64,000 nt of DNA, taken from an archaeon. GTDB taxonomy: Archaea > Methanobacteriota_B > Thermococci > Methanofastidiosales > NM3. Made by a program: the position numbers and the translations under genes. The stretch is taken from NCBI GenBank assembly GCA_004212155.1, contig RXIG01000015.1, positions 13,040 through 77,039 of the forward strand, in the 5' to 3' direction. The notes under the pieces are model-generated. The model was not told the origin of the DNA, ran no database searches, and saw only the letters and a list, made by a program, of their open reading frames with translations. This document shows positions 19,697 to 30,473 of the stretch, piece after piece. Positions within the stretch are counted from its first letter, which is position 1; every line of letters begins with the position of its first letter.

Positions 19697-21158
19697 CGAG
19701 GTCGCTCACTATCTGGGATGCTATGAGCGTCATCGGGACGCCTATCCCCGGATGCGTGTACTGACCCGTGTAATAGAGATTGTGTACCTTCTTGCTCCGA
19801 TGTGCGGGCCGCCATACCGCCGTTTGTTTGAGGGTATGTACGATGCTGAGCGCAGTGCCCTTGTAGGCATGGTAGTCGTTTGCGTAGTCGTTGACCGCGA
19901 AGATGCGCTTGCTTACGATATGGTCGCGTATGGTCATATCCACCGTGTCTTCGAGATGATCCATTATCTGGTTGAAGAATCGTTCACGCAGCTCCGGCGT
20001 GTCCTCGAGACCGGGAGCGAGCGGAACGAGTATGAAGAGCGTTTCACCGCCAGGTGGTGCAAGGCCCGGGTCGGTCTTTGAAGGCACGTTAACATAGTAG
20101 GATGGCGACTTTGGCCATGCGGGCGAATCGGATTCGAAGATCTCATCGAAGTTTCTTGCCCAGTCGCGGTCGAGGAACAATGAATGGTGTCGCAATTTTT
20201 CGATTGTTGTATCGATGCCTACAAAAGCAACGAACGCGGATGGAGCAAGTATGCGGGAATCCCAGTACTTCTTGTCGTAGGTCTGATACTCCTCGGGTAT
20301 GAGTTGGAGCTCGCTGTAGGGGTAGTCTGCGTTCACGACGACGACATCGGCGTCAATCTCCCGATTCTCTGTCACCACAGTCGTGGCCCTGCCCTCCTTG
20401 ACCTTTATCTCGGTGACGTCCTCACCAAGGATGACGTGAGCGCCGTTTTCCACCGCCAGCTCGTATATGCTGGATGCAACCCTGCCCATGCCCCCTTCGG
20501 GGAACCATACACCAAGGGAGAAGTCAACATACGACATCAACTGATATATGGCGGGCGTGATCTTGGGGGAGCCGCCAAGGAATCCTATGGAATACTCGAG
20601 GATCTTTATGGCCTCATCACTTGAAAAGTACTTGCGTACGAGGTCGTCGAGATTGCCGAACACGCCAAGTTTCGTGCCCTTGCGCAGCATGTCCCAGCTC
20701 AAAAGATCGAGGACGCTCTTGTAATCCTTGTAGAGCGTTCCCTCCATCGCGGTATCGTACTTGACCTTGGCAAGATCGAGGAACTCGCGAAGCTTCTCCC
20801 CACCGTTAGGTTCGAGTTTGTTGAAGAGTGCCACGTTCTTCTCGAAATCGGCATGCACGTCGACGATGTTGTCATGGGAAAAGAAGATACGGTATTGGGG
20901 GTCGAGACGCTGGAGCTCGTAGAAATCTGCAGGCGTCTTGCCAAACAATGCGAAGAACTCCTCGAACACATCGGGCATAAGGTACCAGGAAGGGCCCATG
21001 TCAAATTGGAATCCCTTATCTTTGTGCACTCGCGCCCTGCCGCCGTATAGTTCATTTTTCTCCACGAGCGTGACATCATGTCCCTTGTGCGCAAGAAGTG
21101 CGGCAGCGGCAAGCCCGCCAAATCCAGAGCCCACTATTACTATGCGTTTTCCCTTCAT
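19677..21158 (-). CDS. crtI: Phytoene desaturase / carotenoid desaturase (CrtI/CrtD family)
   Basis: [42 protein letters not shown]. Confidence 0.9.
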   Translation of the reverse strand: MKGKRIVIVGSGFGGLAAAALLAHKGHDVTLVEKNELYGGRARVHKDKGFQFDMGPSWYLMPDVFEEFFALFGKTPADFYELQRLDPQYRIFFSHDNIVDVHADFEKNVALFNKLEPNGGEKLREFLDLAKVKYDTAMEGTLYKDYKSVLDLLSWDMLRKGTKLGVFGNLDDLVRKYFSSDEAIKILEYSIGFLGGSPKITPAIYQLMSYVDFSLGVWFPEGGMGRVASSIYELAVENGAHVILGEDVTEIKVKEGRATTVVTENREIDADVVVVNADYPYSELQLIPEEYQTYDKKYWDSRILAPSAFVAFVGIDTTIEKLRHHSLFLDRDWARNFDEIFESDSPAWPKSPSYYVNVPSKTDPGLAPPGGETLFILVPLAPGLEDTPELRERFFNQIMDHLEDTVDMTIRDHIVSKRIFAVNDYANDYHAYKGTALSIVHTLKQTAVWRPAHRSKKVHNLYYTGQYTHPGIGVPMTLIASQIVSDLVEKNEQ

Positions 21159-21275
21159 GAGTAGTATTCGATTAGAGAAAATATAAACCTATTCTACGGT
21201 TGCAGTGCGACAAGAATTCATTTTTTAGACAATCCCTTGCACAACAAATAAAAATCTTGAAACGGTTCCAAATAC

Positions 21276-22034
21276 ATGGTGCGTACACCGCGCATTCCCA
21301 TCGCTGGCCTTTGCTGCTTTTTCGTAGGTATTGTGGGTATGCGGTTCACGGCAACGACGCATGCGCCCGCTATCTCCGGCATCTTCATCATCGCCCTTGC
21401 AGTACCGAGCATATACTACCTTACTCGATGGGTCGGGATTGCCAGGGGTGTGGCCATCGTTGGGTTGCTTGGGTCGCTCTCGCTTGTTATCGAGGGAAGC
21501 GCCATCCTTACCGGCGTGCCCTATGGGGAGTTCCAGTATACCGGAGCTCTTGGACCCCGTCTCTTCGACGCTGTGCCGGGCATCGTGGCATTCGCCTACC
21601 TGCCATTGCTCTTTGGAAGCGTTGCCATGGCAGGACATGTATGGCGTGGCGTCCCATGGAGGTTCGTGGCGTCTGGCGCTTTGTTCCTTGTTGCCATCGA
21701 CAGTGTACTCGACCCTGCCATCGTGCATGCGGGATTATGGGCATGGAAGACGGAGGGCGCCTACTACGGCGTGCCTCTGATAAACTTCATCGGATGGGCC
21801 GCCACGGGTACGGTGTACACTGCTCTCTTCTTTCTGATGGTGAGAAGACCATTGCGCTCCCATAGAACGGTACCTATTTCCATCGCTTCGAGCCTCATGC
21901 TCATCCTGCCCCTATGGACAGGATACCTCCTTCGTGAAATGCTCATCGTGCCCGGATGCCTGGGGATCGCGCTCTCGCTTGCCCTTGGGATGACCTACGT
22001 ACGTCAAGCTGACTGGGCGAGCAATTCACCATGA
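21276..22034 (+). CDS. cruF: Carotenoid 1,2-hydratase (CruF-like)
   Basis: IEGSAILTGVPYGEFQY..LG, D..LDPA, YYGVPLINFIGW; divergent from crtI. Confidence 0.85.
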   Translation: MVRTPRIPIAGLCCFFVGIVGMRFTATTHAPAISGIFIIALAVPSIYYLTRWVGIARGVAIVGLLGSLSLVIEGSAILTGVPYGEFQYTGALGPRLFDAVPGIVAFAYLPLLFGSVAMAGHVWRGVPWRFVASGALFLVAIDSVLDPAIVHAGLWAWKTEGAYYGVPLINFIGWAATGTVYTALFFLMVRRPLRSHRTVPISIASSLMLILPLWTGYLLREMLIVPGCLGIALSLALGMTYVRQADWASNSP

Positions 22035-22082
22035 CGCAGCTATCTAAAAGCTTAAATACGGCCACGGCGAAACGTCCCAAGA

Positions 22083-24371
22083 ATGGCACATAAGGGATTT
22101 ATCGTCCATGCAACCACAACGGTCGAGGACGGCCACCCATTCATAATCCTCTATGGAAGGTTCACAAACAACGAAAGCTTCAAGGCCCTCGTGCCGTATG
22201 CGCCATATTTCTACATAAGGGAACGCGACGTGGAAAAGGCGCGTCCGCTTATCGATGGCACGATAACTGCGCATGATGCCCGCACCTTTGACGATGAGCC
22301 CGTTGCGAAGGTGACGGTCCAACTCCCTTCATCCGTCCGACACCTCCGAACGGCGCTGGAGGAAAAGGGCATCGAGTGTTACGAGGCCGACATCAAGTTC
22401 GAGATGCGTTATCTCATCGACATGGACATCAGAGGATTTGTCACGCTAAAGGGGCCCTCCCACAGAGACGGCAGGGTCGACCACGTGTTCGTATCTCCTG
22501 CCGTCGAGGCGGCAGACCGCCAGGATCTCAAGCTGCGTGTGCTCTCCATTGACATAGAGACGAGCGAGCAGGGACTCGACGACACTTCGGCACCCATCTA
22601 CTCCATCGGCCTCTACGGGGACGGCATCCAGGAAGTACTCTTCAACGGTGCGCCGTGCGAGGGCGCCACCCACTGTGCTGACGAGAAGGCGCTCTTGCAG
22701 GCGTTCAGGCGGCGAATCCTCGACAACGACCCCGACGTCATCGTGGGATGGAACATCGTGGACTTTGACATGCACTACCTGATGGAAAGATTCAAGGCGC
22801 ACGGCATTCCATTTGATATAGGGAGAAGTGAGGCGACGCTCCATCTCAGGACCGAGAGCTCGTTCATCCGGGCCTCCCGCGCACAGGTTGAGGGCAGGAT
22901 GGTGCTGGACGGGATGCACCTGCTGCGCGACTACTTCTATCGATTCGATGACTACCGGCTCGATACCGCGGCACGGGAACTCATAGACGAGGCGAAGCTA
23001 CGATTCGATGGCGACATGACCGCGCTCTACGAGAGCGACCCTGCAATGCTGGCACGCTACAATCTCCATGACGCGTATCTCGTCTACCGCATTCTGGAAC
23101 AAGAGCGCCTCATTGAGCTTACGATGATGCTTTCGACGCTCACTGGCATGCAGATGGACCGGGTAAAGGCATCGATTGCAACGCTCGACTCACTCTACCT
23201 GCGCCGAGCGCGCTCGATCTCGCTCGTCTGCCCGTCGGTAAAAGGAGGTACGCGCATCGCAGTTGCGGGCGGCTACGTCGAGGAGCCCGATGTTGGCATC
23301 TACGACCATGTGCTGCTCTGTGACTTCCGGAGCCTTTACCCCTCGATCATCGCCACGTTCAACATCGATCCCCTCACATTCGACAAGGGCGACATCTGCG
23401 CCCCGAATGGCGCCTGTTTTGGCACGGGGACGTCTGTCATTCCCGCTCTCGTTCTTGAGCTGCTCGAGGCGCGGCAGACAGCAAAGGCCAGCGGCGAGTA
23501 CACGAAGCAGTTTGCCATCAAGATCATCATGAACTCTATATTCGGCGTGCTTGGCAATCCCAACTGCCGATTCTACAACTCGGATATCGCAAACGCCGTC
23601 ACCTCCTTCGGACGCCAGATCATCCAAACCACGGCAGATGTCGTCGAACGCATGGGGTATCACGTCATCTACGGTGACACGGATTCCATCTTCGTCCTCT
23701 CTCGAGCCGATGATGCCAAGAGCGCACGAGAGATAGGACAACGCATCGAACGCGAGATAAACGCCTTTTACAAGGAGTACATACAGAAGAACTTTCATCG
23801 TGAAACGCATATCCACCTCGAATTCGAGACCCATTTTGAACGGTTTTACCTTCCGCGTCAACGCCATGACGAAAAGGGGGCAAAGAAGCGCTATGCCGGC
23901 CTCGTCGACGGGAAGCTGCGCATCGTCGGCCTCGAGTATGTCCGACGCGACTGGACCCAACTTGCCAAGGAGTTCCAGTACGAGCTGCTCAGGAAGGTAT
24001 TCTTCGATGAGGATTACCAGACGTTCATACGCGATTACGTGCATGACCTCAAAAAGGGACGCCATGATGAGAAGCTTGTCTACCGCAAGCGTCTGAGAAA
24101 AGGCGTCGATGAGTATACGAAGACCACACCGCCCCATGTCAAGGCGGCACGCCAGCTCGGGCCGCGCGTGCACGAGAACGGCATGCTCATCGAGTACCTC
24201 ATGACAAGAAAGGGTCCCCAGCCGGCGCAACTCGCCCACGGCATCGACTATGCGCACTATATCGAGAAGCAGATACGGCCGATAGCGACATCCGTTCTCA
24301 CCCTCCTTGGCCTGAAGTTCGAGGATGTGCTGACCGGTGGCTCACAGAAGAAACTGACCGATTTTCTCTGA
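22083..24371 (+). CDS. polB: Family B DNA polymerase (Pol II-like) with 3'-5' exonuclease and C-terminal PIP box
   Basis: SIDIET, GWNIVDFD, YNLHD, DFRSLYPSII, KIIMNSIFG, YGDTDS, KKRYAG; terminal QKKLTDFL. Confidence 0.93.
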   Translation: MAHKGFIVHATTTVEDGHPFIILYGRFTNNESFKALVPYAPYFYIRERDVEKARPLIDGTITAHDARTFDDEPVAKVTVQLPSSVRHLRTALEEKGIECYEADIKFEMRYLIDMDIRGFVTLKGPSHRDGRVDHVFVSPAVEAADRQDLKLRVLSIDIETSEQGLDDTSAPIYSIGLYGDGIQEVLFNGAPCEGATHCADEKALLQAFRRRILDNDPDVIVGWNIVDFDMHYLMERFKAHGIPFDIGRSEATLHLRTESSFIRASRAQVEGRMVLDGMHLLRDYFYRFDDYRLDTAARELIDEAKLRFDGDMTALYESDPAMLARYNLHDAYLVYRILEQERLIELTMMLSTLTGMQMDRVKASIATLDSLYLRRARSISLVCPSVKGGTRIAVAGGYVEEPDVGIYDHVLLCDFRSLYPSIIATFNIDPLTFDKGDICAPNGACFGTGTSVIPALVLELLEARQTAKASGEYTKQFAIKIIMNSIFGVLGNPNCRFYNSDIANAVTSFGRQIIQTTADVVERMGYHVIYGDTDSIFVLSRADDAKSAREIGQRIEREINAFYKEYIQKNFHRETHIHLEFETHFERFYLPRQRHDEKGAKKRYAGLVDGKLRIVGLEYVRRDWTQLAKEFQYELLRKVFFDEDYQTFIRDYVHDLKKGRHDEKLVYRKRLRKGVDEYTKTTPPHVKAARQLGPRVHENGMLIEYLMTRKGPQPAQLAHGIDYAHYIEKQIRPIATSVLTLLGLKFEDVLTGGSQKKLTDFL

Positions 24372-24477
24372 ATGCCCCCGGCGGATCCATGCCCTCAAAA
24401 GGCCAGCGTCCTGCACGGCAATATTTAAAAGCATATAAAAATAAGGAAGGTCAACAAGAGCTAAACGAGGCATCATC

Positions 24478-26910
24478 ATGGAGAACGTTGAGAGCGCGAT
24501 ACGGGAGATAAACATCGAGGACGAGATGAAGGAGTCCTATCTCAACTACGCAATGAGCGTCATCGTGAGCCGGGCACTCCCCGACGTACGTGATGGGCTC
24601 AAACCAGTACAACGCCGCATACTGTACTCAATGTACGAATCCGGCATCACATCATCAAAACCGCACAAGAAATCGGCACGCGTCGTTGGTGACGTGCTTG
24701 GCAAGTATCATCCTCATGGTGACAGCGCCGTCTATGACACGATGGTCCGCATGGCACAGAACTTCTCCATGCGCTACCCGCTCATCGACGGACAAGGCAA
24801 CTTCGGTTCGGTCGACGGAGACTCTGCGGCCGCAATGCGCTACACCGAGGCCCGTCTCTCAAAGATTGCCGAAGAGCTTGTGCATGACATTGACAAGAAT
24901 ACGGTCGACTTCGTCTTCAATTACGACAATACGATAGAGGAACCGACCGTGCTCCCATCGATGGCGCCCAACCTGCTCCTCAACGGCGCATCAGGTATCG
25001 CGGTGGGCATGGCGACCAAGATCCCGCCACACAACCTATGTGAGGTCGTGGACGGCATCACGGCGCTCATCGACGACCCCGACATGGAAGACAAGGAGCT
25101 CTTCTCGATCATCAAGGGGCCGGACTTCCCAACAGGTGGCATCATCTACGGGGGGTACGGCATCATTTCGGGTTACAAGACGGGAAGGGGTCCGATACGT
25201 GTTCGCTCGCGCGTCGACATCGAGGAGAAGGAAACGGAAAAGCGCATCATCGTGAACGAGATACCCTACGAGGTCAACAAGACTACACTGCTTGAGCAGA
25301 TCGCCGAACTTGTCAAATCAAAACGCATTGATGGCATACGCGACCTGCGCGACGAGTCTGACAGGAGCGGCCTTCGCATCGTCATCGACCTCAAGAAGGA
25401 GGCAAACGCCAACGTCATTCTCAATCAACTCTACAAGCATACCAACATGCAGACCACGTTCGCCACGAACATGCTCGCACTCGTCGACAACAAGCCGATC
25501 GTGCTTACGCTGCGCAAGCTCATACGCTACTATCTGCAGCACAGATTTACCGTCATACGAAACAGGACCCAGTACGACCTCGACAAGGCGCTGCAGCGTG
25601 CACACGTCCTTGAAGGCCTCATCACGGCACTCGAACACCTCGACGACGTGATCGCCATCATCAAGAAGGCAAAGAATCCGGAGGAAGCACGCACTGCGCT
25701 CGTTGAGTCGTTCGGATTGAGCGAGACCCAGGCACAGGCCATACTCGACATGCGCCTAGCACGCCTCACCAACATGGAACAGGAAAAGATCAGAACAGAC
25801 CTTGCAGAGGTACTTACACAGATCGATGACTACCGGGACATCCTGGCCCACGACGAACGCGTCTATGTCATCATCAAGGCTGAGCTCGCATACCTGAAGG
25901 AGAAGTACGGCGACAAACGACGGACGGAGATCGTATATGATGGCACCGACTTCGAGGACGAGGATCTCATCCCTGAGGAGGACGTCGTCATCACGGTATC
26001 ACACGAAGGATACATCAAACGCACACCCATTGACACCTACCGTATGCAGCGTCGCGGAGGCGTCGGAGTGATGGCATCGAGCACCAAGGAAGAGGACTTC
26101 ATAGAACATATCTTCATAACGAACACGCACGATTACATCCTCTTTTTCACCAACACGGGAAAGGTCTACTGGAAGAAGGCGTATCAGATACCAGCAGGCG
26201 GCAGGGCGTCAAGAGGCAAGGCCGCCATCAATCTCATCAACACCGACCCGGGCGAATACATATACGCCCTTATACCCATAAAGGACTTCACCGATTACCA
26301 CTACCTCTTCTTCACGACGAAGAAGGGATATGTGAAAAAGACCCCTCTCTCCGCGTTCTCGCGCCCTCGTGCAGGCGGCATCATCGCACTCACGCTCGAG
26401 GACGATGATGAGCTCATGAAGGTACGAAAGACCGATGGCAACGACCTGATCATGCTCGGTACGAGGAAGGGCAACACGATCCTCTTTGATGAAAACGACG
26501 TAAGGCCTATGGGACGAAGTGCGCGGGGCGTGCATGGCATACGCCTCAAGAAGAAAGACGAGGTCGTCGGCATGGACATCGCACATGAGGGCGACAAGGT
26601 CTTTTCCATCACAGAACATGGCTATGGCAAGCTGACCCCAGTCTCCGACTACCCCTTGCAGCGTCGTGGCGGGATGGGCGTCAAGAACATCAAGACAGGG
26701 AGCCGAAACGGCGATGCGATCGCCCTCAGGACTGTGAAGAGGGGCGATGAGCTCATGATCATCAGCGCCGACGGCACTATGATCCGTACGCATACGCAAA
26801 ACATCTCTACCCTTGGCAGGAACACGAAAGGCGTGATAGTCATGCGGCTTCGTGAAGGTGACAAGGTCAGCGCTGTCGCCCGCATTCCCGAAAAGATCGA
26901 AGAAGAATGA
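24478..26910 (+). CDS. gyrA: DNA gyrase subunit A
   Basis: [34 protein letters not shown] catalytic Tyr, GyrA-box QRRGGVG, beta-pinwheel repeats. Confidence 0.97.
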   Translation: MENVESAIREINIEDEMKESYLNYAMSVIVSRALPDVRDGLKPVQRRILYSMYESGITSSKPHKKSARVVGDVLGKYHPHGDSAVYDTMVRMAQNFSMRYPLIDGQGNFGSVDGDSAAAMRYTEARLSKIAEELVHDIDKNTVDFVFNYDNTIEEPTVLPSMAPNLLLNGASGIAVGMATKIPPHNLCEVVDGITALIDDPDMEDKELFSIIKGPDFPTGGIIYGGYGIISGYKTGRGPIRVRSRVDIEEKETEKRIIVNEIPYEVNKTTLLEQIAELVKSKRIDGIRDLRDESDRSGLRIVIDLKKEANANVILNQLYKHTNMQTTFATNMLALVDNKPIVLTLRKLIRYYLQHRFTVIRNRTQYDLDKALQRAHVLEGLITALEHLDDVIAIIKKAKNPEEARTALVESFGLSETQAQAILDMRLARLTNMEQEKIRTDLAEVLTQIDDYRDILAHDERVYVIIKAELAYLKEKYGDKRRTEIVYDGTDFEDEDLIPEEDVVITVSHEGYIKRTPIDTYRMQRRGGVGVMASSTKEEDFIEHIFITNTHDYILFFTNTGKVYWKKAYQIPAGGRASRGKAAINLINTDPGEYIYALIPIKDFTDYHYLFFTTKKGYVKKTPLSAFSRPRAGGIIALTLEDDDELMKVRKTDGNDLIMLGTRKGNTILFDENDVRPMGRSARGVHGIRLKKKDEVVGMDIAHEGDKVFSITEHGYGKLTPVSDYPLQRRGGMGVKNIKTGSRNGDAIALRTVKRGDELMIISADGTMIRTHTQNISTLGRNTKGVIVMRLREGDKVSAVARIPEKIEEE

Positions 26911-26941
26911 GCAATCGTGCAAACACGATGTTCCAACAAGG

Positions 26942-27014
26942 TGGGCTCGGCGGGATTCGAACCCGCGATATCAAGGTCCGAAGCCTTGCGCCCTATCCAC
27001 TAGACTACGAGCCC
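26942..27014 (-). tRNA. tRNA-Arg(TCG)
   Basis: GGGCTCG/CGAGCCC acceptor, CAAGG-CT-TCG-GA-CCTTG. Confidence 0.95.
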
Positions 27015-27089
27015 ATCCTATTACATACCCCACCGTTTAAAAAAGTTATGGGATTATGGGGACATCGACCATGCGATCCCTTTTGCCAT

Positions 27090-28436
27090 CTACACGATAT
27101 GCGGGATGTCGGAGGTGGACGTGGGGAATGCAAACATCGCTTCCTGCAGATCGCTCGCATGAAACCCCTTCCTGATGGCAAGTGCCAATACGTTGATCAT
27201 GTCTCCTGCCTGCGGCGCCATGATGTGTGCGCCAAGCAGGCGGCCACTTCCCCTCTCTTCAATGACGCGGCTCCAAGCATGGGTGTTTCCCACCTGGCGC
27301 GATGATAACCACGACGAGAGGTCGTGCTCGCGTACGACAACATCCAGCCCCTGCTTTTTGGCCGATTCCTCAGTATGTCCGACCGATGCCACCTGCGGGA
27401 TGCCAAACAGTATCGATGGCACGGCATCGTAATCGATGGTCGAACGATTCCCGTTGAGAATGTTGTCGGCAACGATCTGGCCTTCGCGAATGGCAACGGG
27501 CTGGAGCGGCGGGGAGACGCCTCCGACGGCGTCACCTGCGGCATAGACAGCCTCGTTTGACACGCTCTGAAGATGGTTCGTCACGGCCACGCCCCGCGGG
27601 GAACGTTCGACATTGCCTGCGGAGAGGTCGAGCGCATCGAGCTGTGGCACGCGTCCGGCACCGTGGACCACGAGGTCAGCTGCATACCTCCTTTGATCGC
27701 CCGACGTTTGCACCGTATATTCATCGCCATTCCATTTGACACCGGTCACGGGCGCATTCACGACTACGTTGATGCCCGCATCCCTAGATGCCTCCACGAA
27801 GTGTTGCACGAGCACCGGATCGAACTGTTTGAGGGGCTGCTCGCTTCTGTGGAGGATCGTTACGTCCGCGCCTGCGCGTGCGGCAACATGCGCGAACTCG
27901 AAAGAGATGTATCCTCCGCCCACGAAGACGATGCGGGCAGGAAGCTCATCGAGCCCTAGGAAGTCCTCGTTCGTGACGAGATGATCGGCGCCGGGGAACG
28001 AGAGCTGCCGAGGCATCGCCCCGCTCGCTATAACGATGTGTGTTGACGAAAGCGACGTGCATCCTACCTTCATCGTCGAGGAAGATATGAAACGCGCAGT
28101 GCCCTGGAACGAACGTATGCCCAGTTGCTTGTACTCCTCAAGTCGAGCCTCCGTGACGGGGTCGGTGAACTCTCGCTTGAACGCGACAAGACCCGGCCAA
28201 TCGACAGGTGCGGGAGACGCAAAGACGCCTTTTTCAGAAAGTGAACGGTGATGTTCACCGATCGTCGATGCTCCCACAAGCACTTTCTTCGGGGTGCATC
28301 CACGCAGCGCACACGTCCCCCCGAACGGGTCATGGTCGACGACCGCCACTGAAAGGCCCTCATCGTTACATGCATGGGCAACAGTATTTCCCGCACTGCC
28401 AGAACCGATTACCACGACATCGAATTGATCCATCAT
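27090..28436 (-). CDS. Pyridine nucleotide-disulfide oxidoreductase (glutathione reductase/Lpd family)
   Basis: GSGSAG, GGTCALRGCTPKK redox disulfide, GGGYIS, AAGD; C-terminal FPT instead of HPT. Confidence 0.9.
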   Translation of the reverse strand: MMDQFDVVVIGSGSAGNTVAHACNDEGLSVAVVDHDPFGGTCALRGCTPKKVLVGASTIGEHHRSLSEKGVFASPAPVDWPGLVAFKREFTDPVTEARLEEYKQLGIRSFQGTARFISSSTMKVGCTSLSSTHIVIASGAMPRQLSFPGADHLVTNEDFLGLDELPARIVFVGGGYISFEFAHVAARAGADVTILHRSEQPLKQFDPVLVQHFVEASRDAGINVVVNAPVTGVKWNGDEYTVQTSGDQRRYAADLVVHGAGRVPQLDALDLSAGNVERSPRGVAVTNHLQSVSNEAVYAAGDAVGGVSPPLQPVAIREGQIVADNILNGNRSTIDYDAVPSILFGIPQVASVGHTEESAKKQGLDVVVREHDLSSWLSSRQVGNTHAWSRVIEERGSGRLLGAHIMAPQAGDMINVLALAIRKGFHASDLQEAMFAFPTSTSDIPHIV

Positions 28437-28490
28437 GACACCATATGCTAATAGAGAGCTAGATATTTAAAAGATTGCAAGCTAGGCATT

Positions 28491-29315
28491 GTGATGGCCA
28501 GGGAAAACGATGAATGGGTGCGTTCATTTCAGCGCATCATCTATGCTTATTACAACGAGCACAAACGGCCATTTCGGTGGCGCGAAACGCACGATCCGTA
28601 CGCCATACTCGTCTCCGAGGTCATGCTGCAACAAACGCAGACATCGCGTGTTCGGGACAAGTACGATGCGTTCCTAACGGCTTTTCCGACGTTTGAATCG
28701 CTTGCGCAGGCGCCCACAGCCGATGTGCTCGAACTCTGGCAGGGGCTCGGCTACAACAAGCGCGCGCTTTCACTCAAACGGACGGCAAAGGTCATCATGG
28801 AACGACACGGCAGCAAGCTTCCCTCAGACGAATCCGAGCTGCGTGCGCTTCCGGGAATCGGAACATATACTGCCGCCGCCCTACGCGTGTTCGCGTTCAA
28901 TGTGCCTGCACCCGTCATTGACACGAATGTCCGCGCGGTCTATATACATTTCTTCTCTGACGGCTCGACGAATGTGCGAGACACAGACCTGCTGCCCCTG
29001 ATACGCGACACGTTCGACACGGACCATCCGAGGGAATGGGTCTATGCACTCATGGACTATGGTGTATATCTCAAAAGGAACATGAAAAATCCCGCGCGCA
29101 ATAGCACGGCTTACAAGAAACAATCTCGGTTCGAGGGATCGAACAGGCAGGTGCGTGGCATGATAGTGCGCTTCCTCCTCGATGGAAAGCACTCGGCAAG
29201 AGAAGTCGCCAAAGGGATCGATATTGACGAGACGATGGTCAAAAAGGCCCTTGAGACGCTTGTCAAAGACGGCATCTTGACATGCCGAGATGACACCTAC
29301 GCCATCGTTTCATAA
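28491..29315 (+). CDS. HhH-GPD DNA glycosylase (MutY-like) with C-terminal winged helix
   Basis: PYAILVSEVMLQQTQ, GLGYNKRA, LPGIGTYTA, IDTNVR, ALMDYG. Confidence 0.88.
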   Translation: MMARENDEWVRSFQRIIYAYYNEHKRPFRWRETHDPYAILVSEVMLQQTQTSRVRDKYDAFLTAFPTFESLAQAPTADVLELWQGLGYNKRALSLKRTAKVIMERHGSKLPSDESELRALPGIGTYTAAALRVFAFNVPAPVIDTNVRAVYIHFFSDGSTNVRDTDLLPLIRDTFDTDHPREWVYALMDYGVYLKRNMKNPARNSTAYKKQSRFEGSNRQVRGMIVRFLLDGKHSAREVAKGIDIDETMVKKALETLVKDGILTCRDDTYAIVS

Positions 29316-29323
29316 CGATGCTC

Positions 29324-29812
29324 CTACCGTTCGTGGAGCATGCGGGCCATCGTCACAAGCTCCTCGACCTCCTCTGGCGATGAGTATCCATTCCCACGCC
29401 ACCTGATGAACCCGCTCTTGTCAAGGAGGAACGCATAGCAGATGCCACGATCCTCAAGCGCGAGAAGGGAGCTATACACCTCGAAGTTCCCATAATAGGT
29501 AACTACGTTGTGATGCCTCTTTTCAGGGACGCCGGCACGCATGCCATCATCGATGAATCGTGAGAACATGCGCCCCCACAATCCCGCGATCATGGGGACC
29601 TCGAAGTAGGTATATCGCCCCGCTCCACACAGATGGCGTTCGAATGGGCCGATCCATGAATCTACCATGCTTTGTGCCTGGCGCTCGAACGCGAGTACGA
29701 TGAGCGCCACCATGCCCTGGGCGTCATCGGGGAGCGTTACGTCGCGCTGATCGAGCGCATGCCCCCGTATCTGGGGAAACCGTTCACCGACCACATCTTC
29801 TGTCTCCGGCAT
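29324..29812 (-). CDS. ATP10-like thioredoxin-fold protein
   Basis: FPQIRGHAL..VTLP..LIVLAFERQAQSMVDSW..FLLDKSGFIRWRGNG. Confidence 0.6.
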   Translation of the reverse strand: MPETEDVVGERFPQIRGHALDQRDVTLPDDAQGMVALIVLAFERQAQSMVDSWIGPFERHLCGAGRYTYFEVPMIAGLWGRMFSRFIDDGMRAGVPEKRHHNVVTYYGNFEVYSSLLALEDRGICYAFLLDKSGFIRWRGNGYSSPEEVEELVTMARMLHER

Positions 29813-29861
29813 AGTACTACTGTGCACTGAGACCATAAAGATATTTGTCCACAAAACGGCA

Positions 29862-30473
29862 TCAGCTGTGCGTGCGGGGCGTGATCACGCGTTCGAGCAG
29901 GGTAAACGACACATCGATGAATATGGCGATACCTATTGTGGGAAGGGATCCGGCGATGATCTTGTCGGTATTGAGATTCGAGAGACCAGAGAATATGACA
30001 GAACCCAATCCCCCGCTTCCGATGATGGCGGTGAGTATGGCGATACTGTTGGCCAGGATGGCGGCGAACTTCATGCCTGCGAACATGGCAGGATACGAGT
30101 GTGGGAGACGTATGTATCGTATGATCTGCCATTCGGTGAGGCCGAGGCCCCGGGCCGAGGAGACGGCCGACGCATCGATGTCCTTGAGGCCGATATAGGT
30201 GTTCTTGATGATTGGAAGGAGCGCGCGGACGACGATGGCTATGACCGCGGGTGTGAACCCGATGCCGAGAAGCGGTACGACGATGGCCACGACGGCAAAG
30301 CTTGGAATCGCCTGGAGCAGGTTTGCCAATGTCAAGACCGCATTCGAGAGCCGCTTGCTGAAAAGCGAGAGTATGGCAAGCGGTATGGCCGTCACCACGC
30401 TGAAAAACAGTGCCCCGTAGGTGAGGGTGAGATGCTGTATCGTTGCATTGGTAAGCGTATCAACGGGTACCAT
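29862..30473 (-). CDS. Osmoprotectant ABC transporter permease
   Basis: QAIPSFA, LLPIIKNTY, EAA-like SARGLGLT, IGSGGLG. Confidence 0.9.
   Translation of the reverse strand: MVPVDTLTNATIQHLTLTYGALFFSVVTAIPLAILSLFSKRLSNAVLTLANLLQAIPSFAVVAIVVPLLGIGFTPAVIAIVVRALLPIIKNTYIGLKDIDASAVSSARGLGLTEWQIIRYIRLPHSYPAMFAGMKFAAILANSIAILTAIIGSGGLGSVIFSGLSNLNTDKIIAGSLPTIGIAIFIDVSFTLLERVITPRTHS

Noticed and set aside
25980-26890. Repeated QRRGG/GR-x-x-x-G peptide units in GyrA
   Set aside because: These are the known beta-pinwheel blades of the GyrA C-terminal domain.
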